From the NCBI GenBank assembly GCA_903831805.1, contig CAIKZD010000017.1, positions 77,249 through 141,248 on the forward strand: a DNA stretch of 64,000 nucleotides, read 5' to 3'. The position numbers and the translations under genes were made by a program. Positions 36,211 through 46,124 of the stretch are shown in pieces. The stretch comes from an uncultured bacterium (GTDB taxonomy: Bacteria > Patescibacteriota > Minisyncoccia > Moranbacterales > UBA2206). The notes beneath the pieces are model-generated. The model searched no databases. It had not been told where the DNA came from and was given only the letters and a program-made list of their open reading frames with translations. The stretch's first letter is position 1. Each line of letters begins with the position of its first letter.

Positions 36211-36242
36211 AAAAAAATCACACTGCTAAGTGTGATTTTTTT
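36211..36242. terminator. Bidirectional terminator
   Basis: aaaaaaatcacact-gcta-agtgtgattttttt. Confidence 0.8.
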
Positions 36243-36279
36243 GGAGCCAAGGGCATTTTGGGGAAGATCAAATAATTCT

Positions 36280-37758
36280 CTAAATCATCCCTTCTTTCTT
36301 CATAAACTTGCGAATATGGGCTTTGGCGTTAGAAGTTTTGACGAAACGTAGCCAGTCGCGGCTGGGATTTTTGTGATCTTTGGACGTGAGAATTTCGATA
36401 ATCTCGCCATTCTTGACTTTATAATCCAAAGTGACAATGTGGCCGTTTACTTTGGCGCCCACGGCCCGGTCGCCGATCTCACTGTGGACTCGGTAGGCGA
36501 AGTCAATCGGGGTGGCTTCTTCCGGCAAGTCGATGATGTCGCCCATCGGGGTGAAAGCAAAAATATGATTTTTGAAAAAATCAATTTTCAGACCTTCCAT
36601 AAATTCTTGATCATCCTTGCCCAGGCCGTTTTGCCATTCGCGCAGCTGTTTGATCCACACCAATTCTTGGTCAGGCACTTTGGTTTTTTTGCGGAAAAGC
36701 ATATCTTTGAAACTACGCTTATTTTCCGAATATATCCAATGGGCGGCAATCCCAAATTCCGCTTCATCATCCATCTTTTTGGTGCGAATCTGGATTTCTA
36801 GGAAGTTTCCTTCCGGTCCAAAAATGGTGGTGTGGATGGATTGATAGCCATTAGGCTTGGGCAGTGAGATATAGTCCTTGATGCGTCCGACCAAGGGACG
36901 ATATTTTTTATGCACGATACCAAGGGTTTCATAGCAATTGACGATTTCCGGCACGATGATTCTCACCCCGACCAGATCATAAATCTTGTCGATATTCATA
37001 TCATGTTTTTTCAGTTTTTGGAAAAGGCTATAGATATGCTTGGCGCGGCCGAAAACATCCACTACGCGGATGCCTTCTTTGCCGAGCTCTTTTTTCAGCT
37101 CAGCCACCACCGTTTTGATATACTTTTTTCTTTGTTCTTGCTCGGTCGCGGACAGCTTAATGATATATTCGTAATTTTTCGGTTCGAGATATTGGAAGGC
37201 CAGGTCTTCCAAGCGAGCTTTAATGTCTCCAATGCCAAGACGATTGGCAATGGGAGCGTAAATTTCCAATGTTTCTCGGGCGATGCGTTCTTGTTTTTCC
37301 GGCGGCAGACTTCCGAGCGTTTCCATATTATGCAAGCGGTCGGCCAGCTTGATGAGCACTACCCGGATGTCAGCCGCCATCGCCAAAAACATCTTCCTGA
37401 GATTTTCCAGATAATTTTCTTCTTTGGTGCCGCGCAGCTTTATTTTTCCCAGTTTGGTGACGCCGTCCACCAATGCGGCGATTTCTTTGCCGAATTTCTT
37501 TTCGATTTCCTCAATGGTCACATCCGTATCTTCGGGCACATCATGCAAAATTCCCGCAGTAATCGTGCGGGCGCCGAGGCCGATCTTGGCCAGATTCATG
37601 GCGGTGTGTAATGGATGGTCGATATAGGCTTCGCCAGATTTACGCTTCTGATTGGTGTGGGCTTTTTCAGCTAAAGCGTAAGCACTGCGAACCATGGCCT
37701 CATTTTTAGAGTCCATTTTTAACTTGATATTTTTTAAGACGTCTTCAATGGTTATCAT
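36280..37758 (-). CDS. rel: RelA/SpoT homologue (HD + synthetase + TGS; no ACT domain)
   Basis: RKSGEAYIDHP, LHDVPED, KLADRLHNM, KPNGYQSIHT, EIQIRT, TPIDFAY. Confidence 0.93.
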   Translation of the reverse strand: MITIEDVLKNIKLKMDSKNEAMVRSAYALAEKAHTNQKRKSGEAYIDHPLHTAMNLAKIGLGARTITAGILHDVPEDTDVTIEEIEKKFGKEIAALVDGVTKLGKIKLRGTKEENYLENLRKMFLAMAADIRVVLIKLADRLHNMETLGSLPPEKQERIARETLEIYAPIANRLGIGDIKARLEDLAFQYLEPKNYEYIIKLSATEQEQRKKYIKTVVAELKKELGKEGIRVVDVFGRAKHIYSLFQKLKKHDMNIDKIYDLVGVRIIVPEIVNCYETLGIVHKKYRPLVGRIKDYISLPKPNGYQSIHTTIFGPEGNFLEIQIRTKKMDDEAEFGIAAHWIYSENKRSFKDMLFRKKTKVPDQELVWIKQLREWQNGLGKDDQEFMEGLKIDFFKNHIFAFTPMGDIIDLPEEATPIDFAYRVHSEIGDRAVGAKVNGHIVTLDYKVKNGEIIEILTSKDHKNPSRDWLRFVKTSNAKAHIRKFMKKEGMI

Positions 37759-37790
37759 AGGGAAGAGATGCTAGTAATAACTCTTACAAT

Positions 37791-40049
37791 CTAACTCTCA
37801 TTTTCTTTTTCAAAGGAGCACTCCTTGGAAGAGCATTTAATTTTTCCTTTAGCGGCAAAAACTAGGAGACTTTGGCAAAGCGGACATACGCCCCCAGTCG
37901 GCTTGTTCCAAAGGGCAAAATCGCATTTCGGGTAGCTGTTGCAACCGAAGAAAACTCTCCCGCGCTTGGATTTTCTTTCGATGACTTCACCCACGCCGCA
38001 CTTGGGGCATTTCACGCCGGTCTTAGTCTCGATTTTTTTGATATTTTTGCAAGCCGGGTAAGCGCTGCAACCTAAAAACATGCCAAAGCGGCCCTTTTTC
38101 ACGGTCATCGGGGCACCGCACAATTCGCAAGCGATGACGCCATTCTCTTTTTCAATTTTGTCTTGCTGTTCTTTTTCTTCCGCTGTTTTTTCAGTATAAC
38201 GACAGTTTGGATAGTTGGAGCAAGCGATGAATTTTCCAAACCGGCCGAATTTTACGATTAAATCTCCGCCACATTCCGGGCAAGAGCGATCCAGCTTCTC
38301 TTGAAAGTCTTCTTTTTTCACCTCTTCAGTTTTTGATAGGAGGTTCTTATGAAAAGGTTCATAAAAATTGCGGATGACGGGCACCCAGGTACTGTCGCCC
38401 GCCGCAATCTTATCAAATTCTTCTTCGATATTGGCCGTGAATTTTATATCCACAATATCGGCGAAGTGCGCGACCAAAAGATCACTGACCAGAGTCCCGA
38501 TTTCCAGCGGGAAAAGTCGGCGTTCTTCATTTTTTTCTACGTATTTTCTTTCAATGATAGTAGTGATGGTCGGGGCGTAGGTCGACGGTCGGCCAATGCC
38601 ATTTTCTTCCATGACTTTGATCAGGGTGGCTTCACTGTAGCGGGGTGGTTGAGAAGTGGATTTAGCGGTAGCCGTGGCACTGGTCAAATTCAAGACGTCA
38701 TTTTTTTCGAGCGCCGGTAAAATGTTTTCCGCGATGGTTTGGTCGCTGTATACTTTCAAATAGCCGTCGAAAACTAAGGTTGAGCCATTGGCGCGTAGGA
38801 GATAAGCATTTTTTTTCGCCTTGGCTTCGATATCCATCTTGACGGAATCAAATCTGGCCGGCTGCATCTGACACGCCAGCATGCGGTTCCAGATTAGTTT
38901 ATAGATCTTATACTGGCTGGGCTCAAGAGAATCTTTGAGTTCGGTGGGAGTTTTTTCCGGATAAGCCGGGCGGATGGCTTCGTGCGCTTCTTGGGCGTTC
39001 TTAGATTTTGTCTTATAAAAACGCGGTGTGGGCAGAGCATAATCTTGGCCGAAAAGTTTCGTAATGGTTTTTTGCGCGCTAAGCATTGATTCCATCGATA
39101 GATTGGTGGAATCAGTTCGCATATAGGTGATTAAACCTTGTTCGTAGAGTTTCTGCGCCGCCATCATCGTTTGTTTGGAAGAAAAGCCTAGGCTATTGAT
39201 GGCTCCTTGCTGCAAAGTCGAAGTGGTGAAGGGCGCGCTGGGTGTGCGCAACGTTTCCCTTTTGACAATATCCACAATCTGGCAAGTGGAGGCCTGCAAT
39301 TCGGCGACGATTTCATCCGCCAGTTTCTGACTGCCGATGTTAGTTTTTTTAGTTTTATAATCTCCGGCAAAAAGCTTGAGCGTGATGGACTCATCGATTT
39401 TTTCGCCATTTTTTTGCAACAGGCTGGCGTCGAAAGAAGTTGCATTTTTTTTATCTTCCGCTTGGAACTTGGCATCGATCACCCAGAATTTTTCTGATTT
39501 GAATTTTTCAATTTCTTTTTCACGTTCCACGATCAGGCGCAACGCCACGGACTGAACACGACCAGCGGACAGTCCCCGGCGGATCTTTTTCCACAAAAAA
39601 GGAGAAAGTTCAAAGCCGACCAAGCGATCCAAAATTCTTCTAGCTTGTTGGGCGTCCACCAAATTAAGATCAAGCGTGCGCGGATTTTCCAAGGCTTTTT
39701 CGATAGCCATCTTAGTGATTTCATGAAAGACGATTCTTTTGGTCGTGCTCGGTTCCAAGTTAAGGGCGCTCATGAGATGCCATGCAATGGCTTCTCCTTC
39801 GCGGTCTTCGTCAGAGGCCAGGATAATCTCGTCTGCTTTCTTGGCTAAGATTTTTAGGCTATCCACACGTTCAATGGCTTTGGTTGGAATGACATAGTCC
39901 GGCTGAAAGTCGTTTTCAATGTTAACGCCCATCTTTTTTTCCGGTAGATCGCGGATGTGGCCATAGGAAGATTTGACCGTGTACTTTTTACCCAAAAATT
40001 TGGCAATAGTTTTGGCTTTGGTAGGAGACTCTACGATAACGAGTTTCAT
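37791..40049 (-). CDS. topA: DNA topoisomerase I with C-terminal zinc ribbons
   Basis: IVESPTKAKTI, DEDREGE, SAGRVQS, ITYMRTDS, GIGRPSTY. Confidence 0.98.
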   Translation of the reverse strand: MKLVIVESPTKAKTIAKFLGKKYTVKSSYGHIRDLPEKKMGVNIENDFQPDYVIPTKAIERVDSLKILAKKADEIILASDEDREGEAIAWHLMSALNLEPSTTKRIVFHEITKMAIEKALENPRTLDLNLVDAQQARRILDRLVGFELSPFLWKKIRRGLSAGRVQSVALRLIVEREKEIEKFKSEKFWVIDAKFQAEDKKNATSFDASLLQKNGEKIDESITLKLFAGDYKTKKTNIGSQKLADEIVAELQASTCQIVDIVKRETLRTPSAPFTTSTLQQGAINSLGFSSKQTMMAAQKLYEQGLITYMRTDSTNLSMESMLSAQKTITKLFGQDYALPTPRFYKTKSKNAQEAHEAIRPAYPEKTPTELKDSLEPSQYKIYKLIWNRMLACQMQPARFDSVKMDIEAKAKKNAYLLRANGSTLVFDGYLKVYSDQTIAENILPALEKNDVLNLTSATATAKSTSQPPRYSEATLIKVMEENGIGRPSTYAPTITTIIERKYVEKNEERRLFPLEIGTLVSDLLVAHFADIVDIKFTANIEEEFDKIAAGDSTWVPVIRNFYEPFHKNLLSKTEEVKKEDFQEKLDRSCPECGGDLIVKFGRFGKFIACSNYPNCRYTEKTAEEKEQQDKIEKENGVIACELCGAPMTVKKGRFGMFLGCSAYPACKNIKKIETKTGVKCPKCGVGEVIERKSKRGRVFFGCNSYPKCDFALWNKPTGGVCPLCQSLLVFAAKGKIKCSSKECSFEKENES

Positions 40050-40104
40050 GTGTTTGGTTCGGATTATGTGAAATAATACGGTTAAATAGTTAAAAAATAT
40101 ATTG

Positions 40105-40227
40105 TGTCAAATTTTCAATTATCAATTTGCAATTTTCAATGAATTTTCAATGCTCAAATTTTCAATTGATCATTGAGATATTGATAATTTATAAATTGAT
40201 TGAAAATTGATCATTGTAAATTGAATA
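40105..40227. repeat. Inverted degenerate heptamer arrays (CAATTTT-type then ATTGAAA-type) between dprA and topA
   Basis: aattttc aattatc aatttgc aattttc ... attgaaa attgatc attgtaa attgaat. Confidence 0.8.
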
Positions 40228-41346
40228 TTATATTAGTATATAGTTCTGTCCGCCGATGTTTTTTACCCAGCCTTTCAATTCCATCATTACGAGAGTGGCG
40301 GAGGCGGTAGCAGTTTGAAGTTTAACGAGTTTCGCAATAATGTCAATGTGGAGCGGTTCAGAAGAGAGAATTTTGAGTAGTCGCTCTTCCTCTTCGTTGC
40401 AGGGTGCTTTAGGCAGTGATTTTTTTTGGTGAGTGTTTTTCTCTAGGCCCAGTTCTTCCAAGATATCTTTTATGCCGGTCACGACTTTGGCGCCGCTGCG
40501 GATGAGCCCATTGGTACCGATAGAGCTTTCGGAAAAAATGGAACCAGGTACGGCGAAAACTTCCCGATTGGCTTCCAGCGCCATTTGCGCCGTGATGAGG
40601 GCACCACTTTTTTCGCCCGCTTCTACCACGATGGTGCCGAGCGTCAGGCCGGCCACGATGCGGTTACGGGCCGGAAAAGCCATCCGGCCGGTGGTGGCCT
40701 CAGTTGTGTATTCGCTGAATAGGGCACCGGATTGGACAATTTCCCGCGCGAGATTGACGTTATGCCGCGGATAAATATCTTTTTCGTCCAAACTATTGCC
40801 CAAGACGGCAATCGTTTTCCCACCGCCGTCCAAAGCGCCACGATGTGCCCAGCTGTCGATGCCGAGGGCCATGCCACTGATCACCGTAATGCCGGCAGCG
40901 GAGAGATCCTTGGCCAAATTTTGCGCGACCAGGGCGCCGTAAGGAGTGTTTTTTCTGGCGCCCACGATAGCCACGGCGGGCGCGGCGATGAGGCGCGAAA
41001 ATTCTATCTCATCAAAGGGCTCGGCAGTTTTGATATACAGAAGGTAAGGCGGATGAGGTGATTCCTTGAGGATTGCCGGATAGAGAGGATCGTTCCAGGC
41101 GAGGAGGTGAATATTTTCTTTGGTCATGATTTCCCATTCGCGCTCGGGATGGGTATTTTTTCTTTCGTCAAAAATCCGGCTGGCTAATTTTTCTCCAATC
41201 CCGCTTCTTATCAGGGGCTCTAAATCGCCGTCCCACGCCGCTTCCGCACTGCCGAAAAAGCCCATCAGCTTTCTTAATGTTTGTGCGCCCACGCCTGAAA
41301 TCTTGTTAAGGGCGTTCAGATATTTTAGGTCTTTTGAAGTTGTCAT
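40228..41346 (-). CDS. dprA: DNA processing protein DprA
   Basis: AIVGAR, SGMALGID, FPARNRIVAGL, VEAGEKSGALITA. Confidence 0.96.
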   Translation of the reverse strand: MTTSKDLKYLNALNKISGVGAQTLRKLMGFFGSAEAAWDGDLEPLIRSGIGEKLASRIFDERKNTHPEREWEIMTKENIHLLAWNDPLYPAILKESPHPPYLLYIKTAEPFDEIEFSRLIAAPAVAIVGARKNTPYGALVAQNLAKDLSAAGITVISGMALGIDSWAHRGALDGGGKTIAVLGNSLDEKDIYPRHNVNLAREIVQSGALFSEYTTEATTGRMAFPARNRIVAGLTLGTIVVEAGEKSGALITAQMALEANREVFAVPGSIFSESSIGTNGLIRSGAKVVTGIKDILEELGLEKNTHQKKSLPKAPCNEEEERLLKILSSEPLHIDIIAKLVKLQTATASATLVMMELKGWVKNIGGQNYILI

Positions 41347-41378
41347 ATTTTTTTAAATGTAGCATAATATGCACGCTC

Positions 41379-41406
41379 TTGACAAATTTTTGATATATGC
41401 TAGAAT
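41379..41406 (+). promoter_or_regulatory. Sigma70-type promoter
   Basis: TTGACA-N16-TAGAAT with extended -10 TG. Confidence 0.65.
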
Positions 41407-41439
41407 AGTTTGAAATTTAAAACTATTAAATAAACTTAT

Positions 41440-42507
41440 ATGCATAAGGGCAAAGAAAGCAAAAAAACGGCACCAGCGGAAATTTCGGAAGGAGAATTCA
41501 GTTTTTTGGTCATGGCCGAAAAATTATTGATGGATATGTCGGACCGCAGCGGGGAAATTGTCAGACGACGCTTCGGGCTGACAACGGCGCGGGGGGAAAC
41601 GCTGGAAAAGATCGGCCAACATTACAGCATCACTCGAGAACGAGTGCGACAGATTATCGCGGAAGCGGTGAAAAATATTGCGCAAAAATTGAACCATAAA
41701 GACTTTTTTCTCACCGAAGAAAAAATAATTTTTACAGTAATGGAAAATGGTGGTATAATCAGAGAAGTTGATGCGATTGAAAAAATAAAATACGGTTCAG
41801 TGCAAGAAGCTAATGCGATTAAATTTTTTGCCAGTTGTTCTCGCAAGATTTTTGCCGTTGAGGAAAAAGGCATTTTGGAAAAAGCTTGGGTAGTTTCGCG
41901 TGATCTCATTTTTGAAATCAAGAGACTCATCAGAGAAGCGGAAAAAACTGCCTTGAAAGAAGGTAATCTTCTATCAGACAGCGAAATGTTGGAGAGATTG
42001 ATGGCGATTATGCCGGAAACGCCGAAGGAAAAGATAATGAATTTTCTGTCAGTGGCGGAACGGGTGAAAAAGAATAAATTTGGAAAATGGGGCATGATAG
42101 ATTGGATGGAAGTCTCACCGAAAGGGACGCGGGAGAAAGTGCATTTGATCCTCAAGGAACACAAGAGGCCTTTGCATTTCACCGAAATTGCCGATTTGAT
42201 CGACAAATATGAATTGAGCAAGCGAGGTGCCCATCCTCAGACAGTGCACAATGAATTGATCAAGGACGAACGATTTGTGCTGGTTGGGCGGGGGATTTAT
42301 GCTTTGGCCGAATGGGGCTATTTTTCCGGTACGATCAAGGATATTATCGAAGTGATTTTGAAAAAATCTGGACGGCCTATGAAGAAAGATGAGGTGATGG
42401 CCGAAGTACTGAAAATGCGCCGAGTGAAAAAAACGACTATTATGATAAATTTGAATAATCGAAAATTTTTCAAAAAAGAAGGCGAATTCTACCGATTGAA
42501 AAAATAA
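41440..42507 (+). CDS. Sigma70 region-4-like HTH + HARE-HTH (RpoE/delta-like) domain protein
   Basis: RRRFGL...TLEKIG....ITRERVRQI; PLHFTEIA, TVHNELIKDERFVLVGRGIYAL. Confidence 0.8.
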   Translation: MHKGKESKKTAPAEISEGEFSFLVMAEKLLMDMSDRSGEIVRRRFGLTTARGETLEKIGQHYSITRERVRQIIAEAVKNIAQKLNHKDFFLTEEKIIFTVMENGGIIREVDAIEKIKYGSVQEANAIKFFASCSRKIFAVEEKGILEKAWVVSRDLIFEIKRLIREAEKTALKEGNLLSDSEMLERLMAIMPETPKEKIMNFLSVAERVKKNKFGKWGMIDWMEVSPKGTREKVHLILKEHKRPLHFTEIADLIDKYELSKRGAHPQTVHNELIKDERFVLVGRGIYALAEWGYFSGTIKDIIEVILKKSGRPMKKDEVMAEVLKMRRVKKTTIMINLNNRKFFKKEGEFYRLKK

Positions 42508-42542
42508 ATAAAAGTTTTATAAATTGAGAAACGATAAATGTT

Positions 42543-43814
42543 ATGAACAACGCTTCAGACATTAGTTCTATATTCGGAGTTTTTATCCAATTTTTCCAGC
42601 TGTTCTGGTGGATCATTCTGCCAGTCTTTTTGTATAAACTTTTTACATTTCTTTGGATAGACTTTTCGGGTTGGTATGGGGCCAATTCTTGGACCGCTCT
42701 CAAAAAATGGACCTTTCTGGAAATCATTCCGCCTCGGGAAATCGAACGCGGACCGAAAATGATGGAAAATATTTTTACGGCTATGACTGGCGTCCTGACG
42801 ACTTACAATACTTTCGACGTCTATTTAAAAGGGGCGTGGTACCATGATCGTTTTAGTCTGGAAATGGTCGGAGAAGAAGGCAAGATGCACTTCTATATTC
42901 GCACCCAAAAAAATTATCGGGCGATGATAGAAGCGCACATTTATGCTCAATATCCGGATGCTAAAGTGCTTGAAGTGGGTGATTATACGGAAAATTTTCC
43001 CAGAGTGGTGCCGAACAAGTTTTGGGATTTGTGGGGGACGGATTTTGAGTTTGTCGGAAAAGACGCTATTCCGATTAAGACCTATGAAAAATTTGAGGAA
43101 ACTGTCACCGGGGAAATGATTGACCCAATTTCGGCTCTGGCGGAAGTGATAGGCGCCTTGGGCCCCGGTCAACACATCTGGCTGCAATATGTTTTGCAAC
43201 CCTTGCCTGAGCCGGACAATAAGTCAGACGAGCATATAAGTGTGGTCAAGAAGTTGAAAGGTGAAACAGTGGTGGAACCGATGGGTTTGGCGGGACACCT
43301 GATGGATGTTATTGCCAATATTCCCGCTGCCTTTTCCGCTCCGGTGGTTTTCGGCGCGGCCGAAAAGAAAGAGCTTGGTCCGCTGGAATTTCGTCTTTCT
43401 CCGACAGAAAAAGATATCCTGAAAGCCACGGAAGAAAATTTAGGCAAGAATCTGTTCCGGACAAAAATGCGGTTCATCTATATCGGCCGCAAGGAAAATT
43501 TCGACAGGTCCAACGTCTCCTCTTTCATCGGCGCCCTCAAGCAATTTAATGATATAAATTACAATAACCTGAAGCCTGAGGATGTCAGTAAGACTTATGG
43601 TTCTATATTTTTCATCAAGCAACGTGTGGATTTTCGCAAAAGAAAAATCTATGCGCGTTACAAAAAACGCAATGTGGATGGTAAGAAAATCATTTTTTCC
43701 ACTAAGGAATTGGCCACAGTGTTTCATTTCCCTGATTTGAGCGTGAAGGCGCCTTCCATTACCCGGACGGAATCAAAACTGGGCAGTGCTCCGTCTAATT
43801 TGCCTGTTGGATAA
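42543..43814 (+). CDS. Conserved hypothetical membrane protein, likely partner of the downstream TrwB-like ATPase
   Basis: N-terminal TM; LEIIPP, FSLEM, IYAQYPDA, PIKTY, ELATVFHFP. Confidence 0.7.
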   Translation: MNNASDISSIFGVFIQFFQLFWWIILPVFLYKLFTFLWIDFSGWYGANSWTALKKWTFLEIIPPREIERGPKMMENIFTAMTGVLTTYNTFDVYLKGAWYHDRFSLEMVGEEGKMHFYIRTQKNYRAMIEAHIYAQYPDAKVLEVGDYTENFPRVVPNKFWDLWGTDFEFVGKDAIPIKTYEKFEETVTGEMIDPISALAEVIGALGPGQHIWLQYVLQPLPEPDNKSDEHISVVKKLKGETVVEPMGLAGHLMDVIANIPAAFSAPVVFGAAEKKELGPLEFRLSPTEKDILKATEENLGKNLFRTKMRFIYIGRKENFDRSNVSSFIGALKQFNDINYNNLKPEDVSKTYGSIFFIKQRVDFRKRKIYARYKKRNVDGKKIIFSTKELATVFHFPDLSVKAPSITRTESKLGSAPSNLPVG

Positions 43815-43845
43815 TTGTTTGTTTAATAAAAATAATTGTATTGGT

Positions 43846-43890
43846 ACGAGATCCTTCACCCCGCCGCGGCGGGGCTCAGGATGATTTCGT
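43846..43890. repeat. REP-like palindrome (GAGATCCTTC...CTCAGGATGA type)
   Basis: Perfect core ccccgccgcggcgggg at 43859-43874 with outer atcct/aggat arms. Confidence 0.65.
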
Positions 43891-43905
43891 CCATTTTTTA
43901 CCAAA

Positions 43906-45861
43906 ATGTCTGAAATCAATTTTTTCGCCAAAACTAATTTTAGGAACAAGGAGGTGGTTTTTGGCATCAAGGAAGATGACCGCCGCCGCCATATGTATGT
44001 TATTGGAAAAACCGGAATGGGTAAATCCAATATGTTGGAAAATATGGCTATCCAAGACATTCGGAATGGCAAAGGCGTTTGTGTGGTCGATCCGCACGGC
44101 GAATTTGCCGAAAAAATGGTGCGGGCCATCCCGGCTAATCGTATCAATGACCTGGTTTATTTCAATCCGGCGGACAAAGAATTTCCGATTGCCTTTAATA
44201 TCTTGGAGTCTGTTGAGGAGGATAAAAAAAACTTGGTGGCCAGTGGTATGATGGGGGTGTTCAAAAAAATCTGGCCGGATGTGTGGAGTCCGCGAATGGA
44301 ATATATTCTAAATAATACAATTCTCGCCCTTTTGGATTACCCCGGTTCCACTATGCTCGGCGTGAACCGCATGATGAGTGATAAGGATTTCCGGAAGCGT
44401 GTTTATCCGAAAATTAAAGATCCGGTGGTAAAATCTTTTTGGATTAATGAATTTGATCAATGGGATGATAAGTTCAGAAAAGAGGCGGTGGCGGCTATCC
44501 AGAATAAAGTTGGACAATTCTTGTCGTCTTTCGTTATTCGCCACATCGTCGGTCAACCGAAATCTACGATCGATATGCGGGAAATTATGGATAACGGTAA
44601 GATTTTGATTGTGAACCTTTCCAAAGGACGAATCGGCGAAGATGCGATGCGGCTTTTGGGTGGTATGGTGGTCACCAAGATCCAGTTGGCGGCCATGGGA
44701 CGGGTGGACATTCCAGAAGAAGAAAGAAAAGATTTCTATCTGTATGTCGATGAATTCCAAAATTTTGCCACGGAAGCTTTTGCTAACATTTTGTCTGAGG
44801 CGAGAAAATATCGCTTGAGCCTGATCTTGGCCCATCAATATATAAACCAATTGATTTTTGACGGCAACGCGACGGTGCGAGACGCTATCTTTGGCAATGT
44901 CGGCACGATTGTTTCTTTTCGGGTGGGGGCGGAAGATGCGGAAGCGCTGGAAAAAGAATTTGATCCGGTTTTTCTGATGAATGACATCGTGAATCTTTCC
45001 AAATACCGAATATATTTGAAATTAATGATTGATGGTATCGCCGGTGACGCTTTTTCCGCTACGACTTTGCCGCCGGCCGACCTGGCCGATACAATCGGTA
45101 ATGAAGAAAATGCCATCAAAGTTTCGCGCGAGCGATATGGCCGATCGCGCGCGGAAATTGAAGAAAAAATTGCTCGCTGGAGCGGCATGTTTGAGTTTGA
45201 TGAACCCAAGAAAACAGCCCCGGACGCGGTGAAAAATTATCCGGGAGCTTCCAGGATTACGCTTAAACCGACCGGGCCAGCTGTCAGAAAAGATTTTAGC
45301 CCGGCTATGCCGAAGCCAGTGGCGCCTATGTCAGCGCCGCTGATAAGCAAAAATATTTCGAGTAATAGCTATGACCCGGCTCGCGCAGTCAAAGAAAATT
45401 TATCCAAGCCGGAACTTCCGCCGAAAGCTGCTGTCGCAAAAACTGAAGTTGCTGCGGTTGCCCCACCGGCCGAGCGGCAAATGTTTGATACGGTTTGTGA
45501 TAGCTGTGAAGAAAAAATTCAAGTGCCTTTCGCCCCTGACCCCAATCGTCCGACTTTTTGTCGGGAATGCTTGAAAGAATATCAAAGAGCTAGAGCCAGA
45601 TCGCAGCGAGAAAAAACTGAACAGTCGCCAGCCCCAAGCGGAGGTGTGCCGGACCACGCGCGGCCTACTCAGGAAAAACAAATAAGCTCGCCCGAACAAG
45701 TGGATGATTATGAGCCTGTAGCCATGTCGTCAGATGAAAAACCGATGCGGCTGACCCAGATGGTGCATATGGCACCGAAAAAATTTCAAAGTACGCGGAG
45801 AAAACCGGAAATTGACCGGGCGGGCGTACGAGACTTGATAAATAAAACAAAAAATAACTGA
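43906..45861 (+). CDS. TrwB/TraD/VirD4-like ATPase with a C-terminal CxxC-x17-CxxC domain
   Basis: DRRRHMYVIGKTGMGKS, DPHGE, LYVDEFQNF, SEARKY, CDSC...PTFCREC. Confidence 0.88.
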   Translation: MSEINFFAKTNFRNKEVVFGIKEDDRRRHMYVIGKTGMGKSNMLENMAIQDIRNGKGVCVVDPHGEFAEKMVRAIPANRINDLVYFNPADKEFPIAFNILESVEEDKKNLVASGMMGVFKKIWPDVWSPRMEYILNNTILALLDYPGSTMLGVNRMMSDKDFRKRVYPKIKDPVVKSFWINEFDQWDDKFRKEAVAAIQNKVGQFLSSFVIRHIVGQPKSTIDMREIMDNGKILIVNLSKGRIGEDAMRLLGGMVVTKIQLAAMGRVDIPEEERKDFYLYVDEFQNFATEAFANILSEARKYRLSLILAHQYINQLIFDGNATVRDAIFGNVGTIVSFRVGAEDAEALEKEFDPVFLMNDIVNLSKYRIYLKLMIDGIAGDAFSATTLPPADLADTIGNEENAIKVSRERYGRSRAEIEEKIARWSGMFEFDEPKKTAPDAVKNYPGASRITLKPTGPAVRKDFSPAMPKPVAPMSAPLISKNISSNSYDPARAVKENLSKPELPPKAAVAKTEVAAVAPPAERQMFDTVCDSCEEKIQVPFAPDPNRPTFCRECLKEYQRARARSQREKTEQSPAPSGGVPDHARPTQEKQISSPEQVDDYEPVAMSSDEKPMRLTQMVHMAPKKFQSTRRKPEIDRAGVRDLINKTKNN

Positions 45862-45868
45862 AATAAAA

Positions 45869-46054
45869 ATGAAATTTGAATCGAACCGAAGAACGCTGAA
45901 TTATCTGTCGTTGTGCATGCTGATACTTTTTAACGGCGTACTGCTTGGATTTTTGGTGTATGTTGGCCATAATTTAATCGACAGCACTAAACAGTCGCAT
46001 ATATTGGAAGTGTCGCAGGATATGCGCAACGAAACCTTGCCATCGAAACGGTAG
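45869..46054 (+). CDS. Small single-TM hypothetical protein
   Basis: ATG 7 nt after the upstream stop; one hydrophobic helix. Confidence 0.5.
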   Translation: MKFESNRRTLNYLSLCMLILFNGVLLGFLVYVGHNLIDSTKQSHILEVSQDMRNETLPSKR

Positions 46055-46124
46055 GCAGATCCATGAAAATAAAAGCGGGAAAGTCTATTTGCGAATTACC
46101 TAAGATTTTGCTACCTTGGAATTT

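Noticed and set aside
18870-36242. tRNA-anchored integrative element carrying the lipid island
   Set aside because: parAB lies between the tRNA and the island, and I saw no integrase or duplicated tRNA 3' end.
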